The notes: generated by a model from the letters alone, not told the origin. DNA of 64,000 nucleotides from Prochlorococcus sp. AG-347-I19 (GCA_003279105.1 QCBO01000002.1:40770-104769), one strand, 5' to 3'; positions 29,912 to 40,773 are shown, counted from the stretch's first letter. Translations and numbers: made by a program.

Positions 29912-30913
29912 ATGAATTCGATTATCCGTCCAAGAAGATTAAGAAGGTCTGAGGCAATTAGAGAAATGGTAAGAGAAAACCATCTAAAAGCTTCTGACTT
30001 TATATATCCATTATTTATTCATGAAAAAGATTTTAAAGAGGAAATTTCGGCAATGCCAGGAACTTTTAGATGGGATATGAATGGATTAATAAAGGAGGTC
30101 GTTAGAGCATGGGAATTGGGAATAAGGTGTATTGTTCTTTTTCCAAAAATAAACGATAGCTTAAAGACTGAAGATGGAGCAGAGTGTTTTAATGAAGACG
30201 GTTTAATTCCTAGAGCTATTCGAATATTAAAAAAAGAAATTCCAGAAATGGCAATTATGACAGATGTTGCCTTGGACCCTTATTCCTGTGATGGACATGA
30301 TGGCTTAGTTGATGAAACTGGAAAAATATTGAATGATGAAACGATTGAAATTTTAAAAAAACAAGCTTTAACTCAAGCTAGAGCTGGAGCAGATTTTATT
30401 GGCCCTAGTGACATGATGGATGGGAGAGTTGGAGCAATTAGGACTGCTCTTGATAGTGAAGGATTTAATGATGTAGGTATTATTAGTTATACAGCTAAAT
30501 ATTCATCTGCTTATTATGGTCCGTTTAGAACTGCTTTAGATTCGGCGCCTAGGGAAAATAGCAAGAAAATAATTCCAGACAATAAGTCTACATATCAAAT
30601 GGACCCTGCCAATTCAAAAGAGGCTTTAATTGAATCTGCTTTGGATCAGTATGAAGGAGCCGATATTTTGATGGTAAAACCAGGAATTGCATATTTGGAT
30701 ATTGTTTATAGACTTAGCACATTTTCAAATAAGCCAGTAGCTGCATACAACGTTAGTGGGGAGTACTCCATGGTAAAGTCTGCTGCTATGAAAAACTGGA
30801 TTAATGAAAAAGATATTGTGTTAGAAACGTTGCTTAGTTTCAAAAGAGCAGGAGCAAAATTGATACTCACTTATCATGCTTGCGATGCATCTCAATGGTT
30901 GCAGGATAATTAA
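29912..30913 (+). CDS. hemB: Delta-aminolevulinic acid dehydratase
   Basis: RPRRLR, DVALDPY, PSDMMDGR, YGPFR, YQMDP, MVKPG, YNVSGEY. Confidence 0.98.
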   Translation: MNSIIRPRRLRRSEAIREMVRENHLKASDFIYPLFIHEKDFKEEISAMPGTFRWDMNGLIKEVVRAWELGIRCIVLFPKINDSLKTEDGAECFNEDGLIPRAIRILKKEIPEMAIMTDVALDPYSCDGHDGLVDETGKILNDETIEILKKQALTQARAGADFIGPSDMMDGRVGAIRTALDSEGFNDVGIISYTAKYSSAYYGPFRTALDSAPRENSKKIIPDNKSTYQMDPANSKEALIESALDQYEGADILMVKPGIAYLDIVYRLSTFSNKPVAAYNVSGEYSMVKSAAMKNWINEKDIVLETLLSFKRAGAKLILTYHACDASQWLQDN

Positions 30914-30975
30914 AAACTCATTATTAACCAAAATTTGGTTTATTCTTAGATTAATAATAAATTAACTACCCTGTT

Positions 30976-31362
30976 TTGAAGTTATCACAAGAAGTAAATA
31001 GGATTGGTCACATCGCACTTAGAGTAGAGAATCTCGAAAGGGCCAAATCTTTTTATATTAAGCTTGGTATGCATTTAGTTTGGGATGATAAAGATTGGTC
31101 TTATTTAGAAGCTGGTAAAGGGAAAGATGGACTTGCGTTGTTAGGCCCTAGCTACAAAGCTGCAGGACCGCACTTTGCTTTTCATTTTGAAAATAAAAAA
31201 GAAGTGGAAAATATTCAAAATGATTTAAAGAATTCTGGTGTAAAAGTTGGTCCTTTACATGAACATAGAGATGGAACTGCATCTTTTTATATGAAGGATA
31301 CTGAAGGAAACTGGCTCGAGATGCTTTATGTTCCTCCTGAAGGGATTCAATCGAATGTTTGA
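30976..31362 (+). CDS. VOC/glyoxalase-family protein
   Basis: IGHIALRV..LE, HFAF, FYMKDTEGNWLE; TTG start. Confidence 0.85.
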   Translation: MKLSQEVNRIGHIALRVENLERAKSFYIKLGMHLVWDDKDWSYLEAGKGKDGLALLGPSYKAAGPHFAFHFENKKEVENIQNDLKNSGVKVGPLHEHRDGTASFYMKDTEGNWLEMLYVPPEGIQSNV

Positions 31363-31376
31363 TCCTTTTTTTTTGT

Positions 31377-33788
31377 ATGCAAGAGAAAAGTTATTCTAAA
31401 AAATCATATTCAGATATCACCTTAGAAGAAGAATCTATAAGCCTTTTAGAGTGGGATTCATTAAAAACTCATTTATCTTCATTCGCCTCAACAGAAATGG
31501 GTAAACGAGCAATTTTAAGTTTTAGTATTCCTTCAGAATACGAAGACTCAAAAAGACTGTTGAATGAGACTGTTGAAATAAATGAGCTAGAAAATAATTT
31601 AGATAAATCAATAAGTTTTTCTGGTGTTTTTGATATTAGTAGAAATATTGAAATTTGTTCCAAGGGAGGTGTAATTTCATCTTCTGAACTGTTAGAAATA
31701 GCGAAAACAATTTCTGCAGCAAGAAATTTAAAAAAAATTTTATTAGATTTTGAACAAAGGCCTTATATTTCATCATTCACAAAAAATTTAATTGACCATC
31801 AGAATATCGAAACGATTTTTAACAAAGGTATTGAATCTAATGGAAGGATTTCTGACAATGCTAGTAATGAACTGTCTATTCTTAGAAAAGAATTATTTTC
31901 TAAGAAAATTGAAAGAAAAATATTAGTTGAGAAATTTATTCAAAAGAATTTAGCTTATTTGCAAGATACAACTATTGGAGATCGATATGGAAGGCCTGTT
32001 TTGGCTGTGAAAGTTAATTATGTAGATAAATTTAAAGGCATAATTCATGACTCTTCATCTTCAGGAAATACAGTATATTTTGAGCCTGAAAGTGTAGTTA
32101 CTAAAGGTAATAAGATTGCTTCTTTAGAGGCTAGGATCACAGCTGAAGAATTTAAATTACTTAAGAAATGGTCTCAGGTTGTTAGTGATAATTCAGACAA
32201 TCTTATTGAAATGGCATCCATTTTATTGAGATTAGAAAATGCCCTAACTCGTTCAAGATATTCGAAATGGATTGGAGGCAAAACTCCTACGTTTGAGAAA
32301 AATCCTATTATTTCTTTAATTGGTTTTTCTCATCCGTTATTGATTTGGGAACATAAGAAAAAAGGAGCCCCTCCACCAGTAGCTGTCGATTTTTTAATAA
32401 ATAGAAATATTAAGGTTGTAGCTATTACAGGTCCTAATACTGGAGGTAAAACAGCAGCTTTAAAAGGTTTGGGCTTGTCTTTACTTATGGCTAGAGCAGG
32501 ATTATTGATACCTTCAACTAATAATCCTATTATCCCTTTTTGTCCAAATATATATGTGGATATAGGAGATAATCAATCATTAGAGGAAAATTTATCTACC
32601 TTCAGTGGGCATATATCCCGCATAAAAGAGATATTAGATTCACTTGATTGTAAGAAAGGATTATCAGTTGTTTTGTTAGATGAGATTGGATCTGGCACAG
32701 ATCCTCTTGAAGGAAGTGCTCTTGCTATGGCTTTATTAAAAGAATTTGCAAATAAATCTGATATCACTTTGGCAACTACACATTATGGAGATATTAAGGC
32801 TCTAAAATATAATGACTCAAGATTTGAAAACGTATCAGTTGCCTTTGATGAGGATTCTTTGAAGCCAAAATATATACTCAACTGGGGTATTCCTGGGAGA
32901 AGTAATGCTTTGTCAATTTCAAAGAGAATTGGTCTCGATCAGAGCATACTTAATGAAGCTGCAAATTATCTAAAGCCAAAAGAAGTTGACAATATTAACA
33001 GTATTATTAAAGGACTTGAGGAAGAGAGGATTAAACAACAAAATTCTGCAGAAGCTGCTGCAGAATTGATTGCAAGGACTGAAATATTACATGATGAACT
33101 GAAGAGAAATTATGAATATCAAAAAATAAATGCTGAAAAAATTCAGGAAATTGAAAGGTCTAAATTATCAAAACATATTGTATCCGCTAAAAAAGAGGTG
33201 ATAGATTTGATTAAAAAATTAAGAGATAAAAATGTTAATGGAGAGGATACGAGAATTATTGGAAAAAGATTAAAGGAAATTGAGACGGAACATTTAACCC
33301 AAAAAAAATCTGAAAAGTCAATATCATGGAATCCGCAGGTAGGCGATTTTGTAAAGATTAAAAGTCTTAATAGTACGGGGCAAATTATAGATTTAGATAA
33401 AAAAGGTGGTTTTTATGAAATTAAATGTGGTTCATTTAGAAGTACATTATCTGCAAATGACTTTGAGGGTATCAATGGAGAAAAGCCTAATTTCAAAAGG
33501 TCAAAAATTGAGATCAAGTCTATAAGAGAAGATTTTTCTTTTTCTAAAATTAGAACGAGTAAAAATACAATTGACGTAAGAGGTCTAAGAGTTCATGAAG
33601 CCGAAATAATTATCGAGGAGAAAATTAGAAAATTTCATGGACCGCTATGGATTGTTCATGGAATTGGTACTGGAAAATTAAAAAAAGGACTAAGAAATTG
33701 GCTATCAGGTTTAAATTATGTTGATAAGATTGAAGATGCAGCCAACAACGAGGGTGGCCCTGGTTGCAGTATTGCGTGGATAAAATAA
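31377..33788 (+). CDS. mutS2: MutS2 endonuclease
   Basis: ITGPNTGGKT, SLSTFSGHI, LLDEIGSGTDP, TTHY, C-terminal Smr (IDVRG, HGIGTG). ATG at 31377 preferred over track start 31359. Confidence 0.95.
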   Translation: MQEKSYSKKSYSDITLEEESISLLEWDSLKTHLSSFASTEMGKRAILSFSIPSEYEDSKRLLNETVEINELENNLDKSISFSGVFDISRNIEICSKGGVISSSELLEIAKTISAARNLKKILLDFEQRPYISSFTKNLIDHQNIETIFNKGIESNGRISDNASNELSILRKELFSKKIERKILVEKFIQKNLAYLQDTTIGDRYGRPVLAVKVNYVDKFKGIIHDSSSSGNTVYFEPESVVTKGNKIASLEARITAEEFKLLKKWSQVVSDNSDNLIEMASILLRLENALTRSRYSKWIGGKTPTFEKNPIISLIGFSHPLLIWEHKKKGAPPPVAVDFLINRNIKVVAITGPNTGGKTAALKGLGLSLLMARAGLLIPSTNNPIIPFCPNIYVDIGDNQSLEENLSTFSGHISRIKEILDSLDCKKGLSVVLLDEIGSGTDPLEGSALAMALLKEFANKSDITLATTHYGDIKALKYNDSRFENVSVAFDEDSLKPKYILNWGIPGRSNALSISKRIGLDQSILNEAANYLKPKEVDNINSIIKGLEEERIKQQNSAEAAAELIARTEILHDELKRNYEYQKINAEKIQEIERSKLSKHIVSAKKEVIDLIKKLRDKNVNGEDTRIIGKRLKEIETEHLTQKKSEKSISWNPQVGDFVKIKSLNSTGQIIDLDKKGGFYEIKCGSFRSTLSANDFEGINGEKPNFKRSKIEIKSIREDFSFSKIRTSKNTIDVRGLRVHEAEIIIEEKIRKFHGPLWIVHGIGTGKLKKGLRNWLSGLNYVDKIEDAANNEGGPGCSIAWIK

Positions 33789-33828
33789 AATTTAAAATAC
33801 CTAGAAAACAATTTAATAAGCGTATTAA

Positions 33829-34812
33829 GTGCAATTTATTGATCAAGCAAAGATTATTCTTAAAGCTGGAAAAGGTGGAAATGGAATAGTTTCATTTAGA
33901 AGAGAAAAATTTGTTCCTGCTGGAGGACCTTCGGGGGGGAATGGTGGTAGAGGAGGTTCAGTTATTTTGATGGCTGATAATAATCTACAAACATTATTAG
34001 ATTTCAAATTCAAACGTGAAATAATTGCTGAAGATGGATGTAAAGGAGGTCCTAATAAAAGATCAGGTGCTTCAGGTGAGGATACCATCCTTAAAGTACC
34101 CTGCGGTACAGAAATAAGGGATATTAAAACTGGCATTATTTTAGGAGACTTAACTAAAGATAAACAGAGTTTAACTATTGCCATTGGGGGAAGAGGCGGA
34201 CATGGTAATGCTTACTATTTAAGTAATCAAAATAGAGCCCCAGAATCATTCACTGAAGGAAAAGATGGTGAGATATGGGAGGTTCAATTAGAACTAAAAC
34301 TTCTTGCAGAGGTTGGGATTATAGGACTTCCAAATGCTGGAAAAAGTACCTTGATTTCTGTTGTGTCATCTGCCCGTCCAAAAATCGCAAATTATCCTTT
34401 CACAACTCTAATACCTAACTTAGGTGTAGTTAGAAAAATTGATGGGAATGGTTGCCTTTTTGCGGATATTCCTGGATTAATATCAGGGGCAGCTGATGGA
34501 GTAGGTTTAGGCCATGATTTTTTAAGGCACATCCAAAGAACGAAGATACTTGTACACTTAATTGACGCAATTGCAGAAAATCCATTACATGATTTTGAGA
34601 TAATTGAGCAGGAATTAAAAAAATATGGAAAAGGTCTTTTAGATAAAGAGAGGATAATAGTATTGAATAAAATGGAGCTGGTAGATGATGATTATTTGAA
34701 AATAATTTCAAAAAAGTTAGAAGATTTATCTAAAAAGAAAGTTTTAGTTATTTCTTCATCTTTAAAAAAAGGTTTATCTTCACTGCTTTCTGAAGTATGG
34801 AAAAGGATCTAA
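33829..34812 (+). CDS. obgE: GTPase ObgE/CgtA
   Basis: Gly-rich Obg fold ([18 protein letters not shown]), [21 protein letters not shown]. Confidence 0.97.
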   Translation: MQFIDQAKIILKAGKGGNGIVSFRREKFVPAGGPSGGNGGRGGSVILMADNNLQTLLDFKFKREIIAEDGCKGGPNKRSGASGEDTILKVPCGTEIRDIKTGIILGDLTKDKQSLTIAIGGRGGHGNAYYLSNQNRAPESFTEGKDGEIWEVQLELKLLAEVGIIGLPNAGKSTLISVVSSARPKIANYPFTTLIPNLGVVRKIDGNGCLFADIPGLISGAADGVGLGHDFLRHIQRTKILVHLIDAIAENPLHDFEIIEQELKKYGKGLLDKERIIVLNKMELVDDDYLKIISKKLEDLSKKKVLVISSSLKKGLSSLLSEVWKRI

Positions 34813-34898
34813 GTTAAATTTAAAAATTTTTTGTAAAAAAAACACTTGATTTAATAATGAAAATTAGTCATAAATAAGATACTTCTTTAAAAAACAAT

Positions 34899-35081
34899 AT
34901 GAATTTCTATACTTGCTTTGATCAACAAGGAAAAATAATAGCTAGATGTCAAACCATCCAAGATATTGAGGTTTTGAAGAAAATGGGAAGACCAATTGTA
35001 GAAGTCAAGGAAATGAAAAATGAAGAGTCGGTTGTATGTTCACTTACAGGAAGTCCATCCGACTTTAATAGAGATTACTAA
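34899..35081 (+). CDS. Small hypothetical protein (60 aa)
   Basis: Isolated ORF with ATG in an otherwise empty spacer, followed by a bidirectional terminator. Confidence 0.7.
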   Translation: MNFYTCFDQQGKIIARCQTIQDIEVLKKMGRPIVEVKEMKNEESVVCSLTGSPSDFNRDY

Positions 35082-35095
35082 TACTATTAATAAAT

Positions 35096-35128
35096 AAAAA
35101 AAAAGGGCTTTTGGAGCCCTTTTTTTTT
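35096..35128. terminator. Bidirectional intrinsic terminator
   Basis: A9-GGGCT-tttgg-AGCCC-T9 between the convergent 60-aa ORF and cp12. Confidence 0.85.
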
Positions 35129-35152
35129 GTGCATTTTCTATCAAAAGAAAAC

Positions 35153-35371
35153 TTAATCATCATACACAAGACATTCTGGTTCATCCGGGTTTGCATCGCA
35201 GAATAGTTCCAAAGCATTAGGGTCATGTTTATCGTCTGGATGATGATCCTTATATTCCTCGAGTTCTTTGAGCTCTTCAGTTAAATGTCTGACCTTTGGA
35301 AGATTGCCCTCTGCTTTTGCAGATTCGATTTCCGATTGATCTTTTTGGATGTGTTCGTCAATGGATTTCAT
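35153..35371 (-). CDS. cp12: CP12 Calvin-cycle regulatory protein (C-terminal Cys pair only)
   Basis: C-terminal ALELFCDANPDEPECLVYDD motif. Confidence 0.92.
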   Translation of the reverse strand: MKSIDEHIQKDQSEIESAKAEGNLPKVRHLTEELKELEEYKDHHPDDKHDPNALELFCDANPDEPECLVYDD

Positions 35372-35480
35372 TTTAAGCTTTTCGTACTTTAGTAGACATA
35401 CCTAACATAGTTAATTTCTAATGAAATTGCATTATCTATGAACTAAATAAGTGTTCATTACAACATCATTTTTTTTCAAA

Positions 35481-36440
35481 TTAATTTATGTATTTTTTGG
35501 TCTCTACTTTCATTATTTCCTTCAGCGATGGTAAAACTGGGATTAGTTGATTTGGGTTTAAAGGGAATAAAGCTTTGTAATAATCTTTTTTCCATTCATT
35601 GTCGAAGCATGTACTATTTACCTTTGATAATTTAAAGAATTTTAATCTCCATTCAATAATCTTTTCGAAACTTGATAGTTCTTGTTCAGTACATTTGAAA
35701 AGTTTGCTATATATCAATTCCCATCTTATAAGTGTTGGAAAAAGGTAAATATCTGCGTATGTTAACTCTTCTCCAAATATCCAGTCCCCTTTGTTTTTCT
35801 GTAGAAAATTTTCAACTTCATTTAGAGCTGCGAAAAGATTTTGACTTGCATTTTCGTAAGCTGACTGGTTTCTGGCGAAACCACATTTATATACGCCATC
35901 ATTAATGCTGTTACTAATTAAATCTAAAAATTTTTGATTACAGTCTTTAATAGTTAATATCTGAATTTTTGATTGAATTTTTATTGAATTGAGTAGTCTT
36001 ATAATTTGTGAACTTTCATTAGACAAAATATTTACTTCATCTTTTGCAAAACTAATTAAAAGAGGTAAAGTCGCTCTAAAAATAATCTTTTTATTAGCTT
36101 TTTTGTAAAGGTCTGAAAGTCTCATGCATCCCTTAAACTTTCTATTGAAAATCCATTCGCTATGCTCAAGATCTGCTCTTAAAAAAATAATTTTAACTTT
36201 TTTAGATAAATGTTTTATTTCGTGGACGAGTAAAGTTCTTTGACACCATGGACAAGAATTCCCTACCAATAAATAAATTTGTCCATTCTCATTATTAATA
36301 TCGTATTCACTATCAATTGTTATACCTTTAGGCCTTTTATAGTTACCATGTAAATCTGATGGTGCGAAGCCATTCATTAATTGTGTCCAAAACCAAAACC
36401 AGAATTTTCTGGTGGCTTTTATAAGGTATTTATTTTGCAT
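35481..36440 (-). CDS. Glutathione S-transferase, glutathionyl-hydroquinone reductase-like
   Basis: CPWC, INDGVYKCGFA..Q.AYE, ADIYLFPTLIRW. Confidence 0.8.
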   Translation of the reverse strand: MQNKYLIKATRKFWFWFWTQLMNGFAPSDLHGNYKRPKGITIDSEYDINNENGQIYLLVGNSCPWCQRTLLVHEIKHLSKKVKIIFLRADLEHSEWIFNRKFKGCMRLSDLYKKANKKIIFRATLPLLISFAKDEVNILSNESSQIIRLLNSIKIQSKIQILTIKDCNQKFLDLISNSINDGVYKCGFARNQSAYENASQNLFAALNEVENFLQKNKGDWIFGEELTYADIYLFPTLIRWELIYSKLFKCTEQELSSFEKIIEWRLKFFKLSKVNSTCFDNEWKKDYYKALFPLNPNQLIPVLPSLKEIMKVETKKYIN

Positions 36441-36463
36441 AAAATTTTATTTTTAATGAAAAA

Positions 36464-37369
36464 ATGACTGTTCAAAGAATACTTATCGTTTCAGGCACTC
36501 ATGGGAATGAAATTAATCCTGTTTGGGCGGTTAAAAAATTTAATAGAGAGGAAAATAGTTTAAATCATGGTATCGAGTATGAGTACATCATAGGGAATCC
36601 TGTTGCCTATGAAAAAGGTTGCAGATATATAGATGTAGATTTAAATAGATCTTTTAAAGAAATTAAAAATCATGATCAAGACAATAATATTGTTTATGAA
36701 ACTAATAGAGCTAATTTTTTAGTCGATCAATTTGGAATCCATGGATCTAAGCCCTGTCAAATTGCAATTGACTTGCATACTACTACTGCAAATATGGGAA
36801 CTAGCATTGTTATGTATGGGAGGAGATTCAAAGATTTTTGTTTAGCTGCATTACTGCAAAATAAATTTGGATTACCTATCTATTTGCACGAAAAAGATAA
36901 AGCTCAAACAGGCTTTCTTGTAGAAGCTTGGCCATGTGGTTTAGTTATTGAAATAGGAGCTGTCGCACAAAATTTTTATGATCCAAAAATCATAGATAGA
37001 TTCTTAATAATCATTAGATCTTTAAGGGAAGAGATAGATAAATTAAAAAACAACCTTATAGAACTTCCAAAGGAATTGGTTCTTCATGTTCATCAAGGGA
37101 GTATAGATTATCCAAGAGATGAAAAAGGATATATTGATGGCCTAATTCATCCTGAAAGAATAAACCAAGACTGGAAAATGATTAAAAAAGGAGATCCATT
37201 ATTTCTTGATAGCCAAGGAATAATTCACAAATATGATGGAGAACAATTGATTTATCCTGTTTTTATTGGCGAAGTTGCCTATAAGGAAAAAAAAATTGCC
37301 ATGAGCTACACGAAGAAAGAAGTTATTAGTTCTAACAATCAATGGGTTTATGAGTTTGAAAGCCTTTAA
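36464..37369 (+). CDS. Aspartoacylase (AstE/AspA family Zn hydrolase)
   Basis: GTHGNE, DLNR, DLHTT, VIEIG, FIGEVAY. Confidence 0.88.
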   Translation: MTVQRILIVSGTHGNEINPVWAVKKFNREENSLNHGIEYEYIIGNPVAYEKGCRYIDVDLNRSFKEIKNHDQDNNIVYETNRANFLVDQFGIHGSKPCQIAIDLHTTTANMGTSIVMYGRRFKDFCLAALLQNKFGLPIYLHEKDKAQTGFLVEAWPCGLVIEIGAVAQNFYDPKIIDRFLIIIRSLREEIDKLKNNLIELPKELVLHVHQGSIDYPRDEKGYIDGLIHPERINQDWKMIKKGDPLFLDSQGIIHKYDGEQLIYPVFIGEVAYKEKKIAMSYTKKEVISSNNQWVYEFESL

Positions 37370-37487
37370 ATTAAGAAACTGGGACAATAAATTTGATGAA
37401 AACCAATAAGGATTTTTTATTTAAAAGATAAGTTTATTTAATACTTAATAATTTTAATTTTTTTGCTAAGTCTTAATCCTTAAAAAC

Positions 37488-37616
37488 TTAAATTCTTTCG
37501 CTCCAATAAATAATAGCTCCAGAAGCCTCTAATTGCAGTCTTCTATGCTTAGCTTCTCTTAAGGAAACCAACTCTTTCGATCTTTTTCCGTTAAGAAGCC
37601 ATTCGATTATTACCAA
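37488..37616 (-). CDS. Small hypothetical protein (42 aa), not in the ORF track
   Basis: Manual translation: MVIIEWLLNGKRSKELVSLREAKHRRLQLEASGAIIYWSERI*. TTG start 7 nt after GAGG; GC-richer than its flanks. Confidence 0.6.
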   Translation of the reverse strand: MVIIEWLLNGKRSKELVSLREAKHRRLQLEASGAIIYWSERI

Positions 37617-37805
37617 GTCAAATCCTCAATAACAAAGAAAATCTTAAGACATGGAGGTTCTTTTCTCTGATATTGCAAAAAATAAGTTTACTTAAAGAAA
37701 AAAAATTACACAATTTTAGCGATTTTGGTCTAAAATCTTCGAAGCGGAATATATTTTCCGTTTTTATTTACACGTCTCAATTTTAGAGACATACTTTACG
37801 AACTC

Positions 37806-38888
37806 ATGACAACTATTCAGCAGCAGCGTTCTTCGCTGTTAAAAGGTTGGCCACAGTTTTGTGAGTGGGTAACATCAACTAACAACAGAATTTATGTTGG
37901 TTGGTTCGGCGTCTTAATGATTCCATGCCTACTTACAGCAGCGGCTTGCTTCATCGTTGCATTCATTGCAGCACCACCAGTAGACATCGACGGAATTAGA
38001 GAGCCAGTTGCTGGTTCATTCCTATATGGAAACAACATCATCTCAGGTGCAGTTGTTCCTTCATCTAACGCTATTGGTCTACACTTCTACCCAATTTGGG
38101 AAGCAGCTACTGTAGATGAGTGGTTATACAACGGTGGTCCTTACCAGCTTGTAATTTTTCACTTCCTAATTGGTATCTCAGCATACATGGGAAGACAGTG
38201 GGAGCTTTCATACCGTTTAGGTATGCGTCCTTGGATCTGTGTTGCATACTCTGCACCAGTTTCAGCAGCTTTCGCAGTATTCCTTGTATATCCATTCGGT
38301 CAAGGTTCATTCTCTGACGGAATGCCTCTAGGTATCTCTGGAACATTCAACTTCATGTTTGTTTTCCAGGCAGAGCACAACATTCTTATGCACCCATTCC
38401 ACATGGCTGGTGTTGCTGGTATGTTCGGAGGATCTTTATTCTCAGCTATGCACGGTTCACTTGTTACTTCATCTCTAATCAGAGAAACAACTGAGACAGA
38501 GTCTCAGAACTATGGTTACAAGTTCGGACAAGAAGAAGAAACATACAACATCGTTGCAGCTCATGGCTACTTCGGTCGTTTGATCTTCCAATATGCAAGT
38601 TTCAACAACAGCAGAAGTCTTCACTTCTTCCTAGCTGTATTCCCAGTTGTTTGTGTATGGTTAACTTCAATGGGTATCTGCACAATGGCATTCAACCTTA
38701 ACGGTTTCAACTTCAACCAGTCAGTTGTTGATGCAAACGGTAAGATTGTTCCTACATGGGGTGACGTTCTTAACAGAGCAAACCTAGGTATGGAAGTAAT
38801 GCATGAGCGTAACGCTCACAACTTCCCACTTGATCTAGCAGCAGCTGAGTCTACAACAGTAGCTCTTTCAGCTCCAGCTATCGGTTAA
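37806..38888 (+). CDS. psbA: Photosystem II D1 protein (Q130 form)
   Basis: [53 protein letters not shown]. Confidence 0.99.
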   Translation: MTTIQQQRSSLLKGWPQFCEWVTSTNNRIYVGWFGVLMIPCLLTAAACFIVAFIAAPPVDIDGIREPVAGSFLYGNNIISGAVVPSSNAIGLHFYPIWEAATVDEWLYNGGPYQLVIFHFLIGISAYMGRQWELSYRLGMRPWICVAYSAPVSAAFAVFLVYPFGQGSFSDGMPLGISGTFNFMFVFQAEHNILMHPFHMAGVAGMFGGSLFSAMHGSLVTSSLIRETTETESQNYGYKFGQEEETYNIVAAHGYFGRLIFQYASFNNSRSLHFFLAVFPVVCVWLTSMGICTMAFNLNGFNFNQSVVDANGKIVPTWGDVLNRANLGMEVMHERNAHNFPLDLAAAESTTVALSAPAIG

Positions 38889-38908
38889 GCTTAAAGTTCT
38901 TAAATTTC

Positions 38909-38935
38909 AAGCCCCCTTTCCGGGGGCTTTTTTTT
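38909..38935 (+). terminator. psbA intrinsic terminator
   Basis: AAGCCCCC-tttcc-GGGGGCTT followed by a T tract. Confidence 0.88.
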
Positions 38936-38995
38936 GTTTAATTTTCAATTGGTTTCATATAATGTTTATATATAGATAAAACATTTGATATTTCT

Positions 38996-40093
38996 ATGAG
39001 TAGTAGTTTTGGAAAAATTTTTCGTGTTAGTACTTTTGGAGAATCACATGGTGGTGCAGTGGGAGTTATCCTTGATGGATGTCCCCCTAAGTTAAAAGTA
39101 GATATAAATCTGATACAAAATGAATTAGATAGGCGCAGACCTGGCCAAAGTGACATTACAACACCCAGAAATGAAGAAGATAAAATTGAAATATTAAGTG
39201 GAATAAAGGAAGGGTTAACACTTGGAACTCCAATAGCGATGTTGGTTAGAAACAAGGATCAAAGACCAGGAGATTATGATAATTTGGAGCAAGTATTTAG
39301 ACCTTCTCATGCAGATGGTACATATCATCTGAAATATGGAATACAGGCAAGTTCTGGTGGTGGAAGAGCCTCTGCAAGAGAAACAATTGGAAGAGTAGCT
39401 GCTGGTGCTGTAGCAAAACAATTATTAAAAAATTTCTGTAACACTGAAGTACTTTCTTGGGTAAAGCGTATACATGATATTGATTCTGATATAAATAAAG
39501 AAAAAATTTCTCTCAATAAAATAGATTCTAATATTGTTAGATGTCCTGATGAAGAGGTATCAGCTGAAATGATAGAGAGAATTAAGCAATTAAAACGTCA
39601 AGGAGACTCTTGTGGCGGTGTTATTGAATGTATGGTCAGGAACGTCCCTTCTGGTCTTGGAATGCCTGTTTTTGATAAATTAGAAGCTGATTTAGCGAAG
39701 GCTTTGATGTCTTTGCCTGCCACGAAAGGCTTTGAAATAGGTTCAGGTTTCTCTGGAACTTATTTAAAAGGAAGCGAACATAATGATGCCTTCATTAAAT
39801 CTGATGATATTAGGAAGTTAAGGACTATATCTAACAATTCAGGAGGTATACAGGGCGGAATAAGTAATGGCGAAAATATTGAGATGAAGATAGCTTTTAA
39901 ACCTACAGCAACTATCGGGAAAGAACAGAAAACAGTAAATGCTGCAGGAAAAGAAGTTTTGATGAAAGCAAAAGGGAGACATGATCCATGCGTTCTACCA
40001 AGAGCAGTTCCTATGGTTGATGCTATGGTGGCTTTAGTACTTGCTGATCATTTACTACTGAATCAAGCTCAATGTGGCTTAATCGATAATTAG
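38996..40093 (+). CDS. aroC: Chorismate synthase
   Basis: [35 protein letters not shown]. Confidence 0.98.
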   Translation: MSSSFGKIFRVSTFGESHGGAVGVILDGCPPKLKVDINLIQNELDRRRPGQSDITTPRNEEDKIEILSGIKEGLTLGTPIAMLVRNKDQRPGDYDNLEQVFRPSHADGTYHLKYGIQASSGGGRASARETIGRVAAGAVAKQLLKNFCNTEVLSWVKRIHDIDSDINKEKISLNKIDSNIVRCPDEEVSAEMIERIKQLKRQGDSCGGVIECMVRNVPSGLGMPVFDKLEADLAKALMSLPATKGFEIGSGFSGTYLKGSEHNDAFIKSDDIRKLRTISNNSGGIQGGISNGENIEMKIAFKPTATIGKEQKTVNAAGKEVLMKAKGRHDPCVLPRAVPMVDAMVALVLADHLLLNQAQCGLIDN

Positions 40094-40127
40094 TAGTTTT
40101 GTTAAATAAATTATATTTATCTTTGAT

Positions 40128-40754
40128 TTAACTATTTTTGAGCCATTTATATATTTTTGGATCAAATTTTTTTTTAATAATACCTTTATCTCCAATCACG
40201 ATTGCTTTATATCCTAAAGATTGATAAGTTTTTACATCATTGATTGATAGGCCTCCAGCAGCAATGAAATTAATATTTTCAAAGTTGAGTATATCTATTG
40301 AACTAGCTTTACTTTTTATTGGATAAATTTTGATAATGTTGCAATTTAAATTTATCGCTTCCTCAAGATCCTTTAAATTATTAATTCCGGGTATTAATAA
40401 ATAATTTTTTGACTTCGAATAATTGAAAAGATCTTTATCCCAAAATTTCATCATAGAAAAATTTAATCCAATTTTTAATGAATCTTCTATAGATTGATTA
40501 TTAATTATGGAGGCAGAGCCTAAATTAATTTGCGGAAAATTGAGTTTGATTTCGGATACAAAATCCAACCACTTTTCGTTGTTTGACCAACTTATTTCAA
40601 TATTTTTTAATCCTAATTCTACTAAGCTTCCTAATTCTTCAAAAAATGAATTTCTTATAGAAGTATTTGAGTAAATATTATCTTCCGGTTTTACTAGTAA
40701 AAAAAAAGATTCCTTTAGTAGTAAGTCAGAAAAAGAATCTTCTTTAATATTCAT
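40128..40754 (-). CDS. Divergent KDPG/KHG aldolase-family protein (Eda-like)
   Basis: TIM-barrel pattern: NIEIS, INLGSAS, LIPG, IKIYP, IAAGGLS. Confidence 0.65.
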   Translation of the reverse strand: MNIKEDSFSDLLLKESFFLLVKPEDNIYSNTSIRNSFFEELGSLVELGLKNIEISWSNNEKWLDFVSEIKLNFPQINLGSASIINNQSIEDSLKIGLNFSMMKFWDKDLFNYSKSKNYLLIPGINNLKDLEEAINLNCNIIKIYPIKSKASSIDILNFENINFIAAGGLSINDVKTYQSLGYKAIVIGDKGIIKKKFDPKIYKWLKNS

Positions 40755-40773
40755 TAAATATTTAATTTTTAGA

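Noticed and set aside
37806-38888. Higher GC and distinct codon usage of psbA as a sign of phage or horizontal origin
   Set aside because: Explained by high-expression codon bias and strong protein conservation. It is full-length with a host-type C-terminus, has its own terminator, and has no phage genes or hli cluster nearby.
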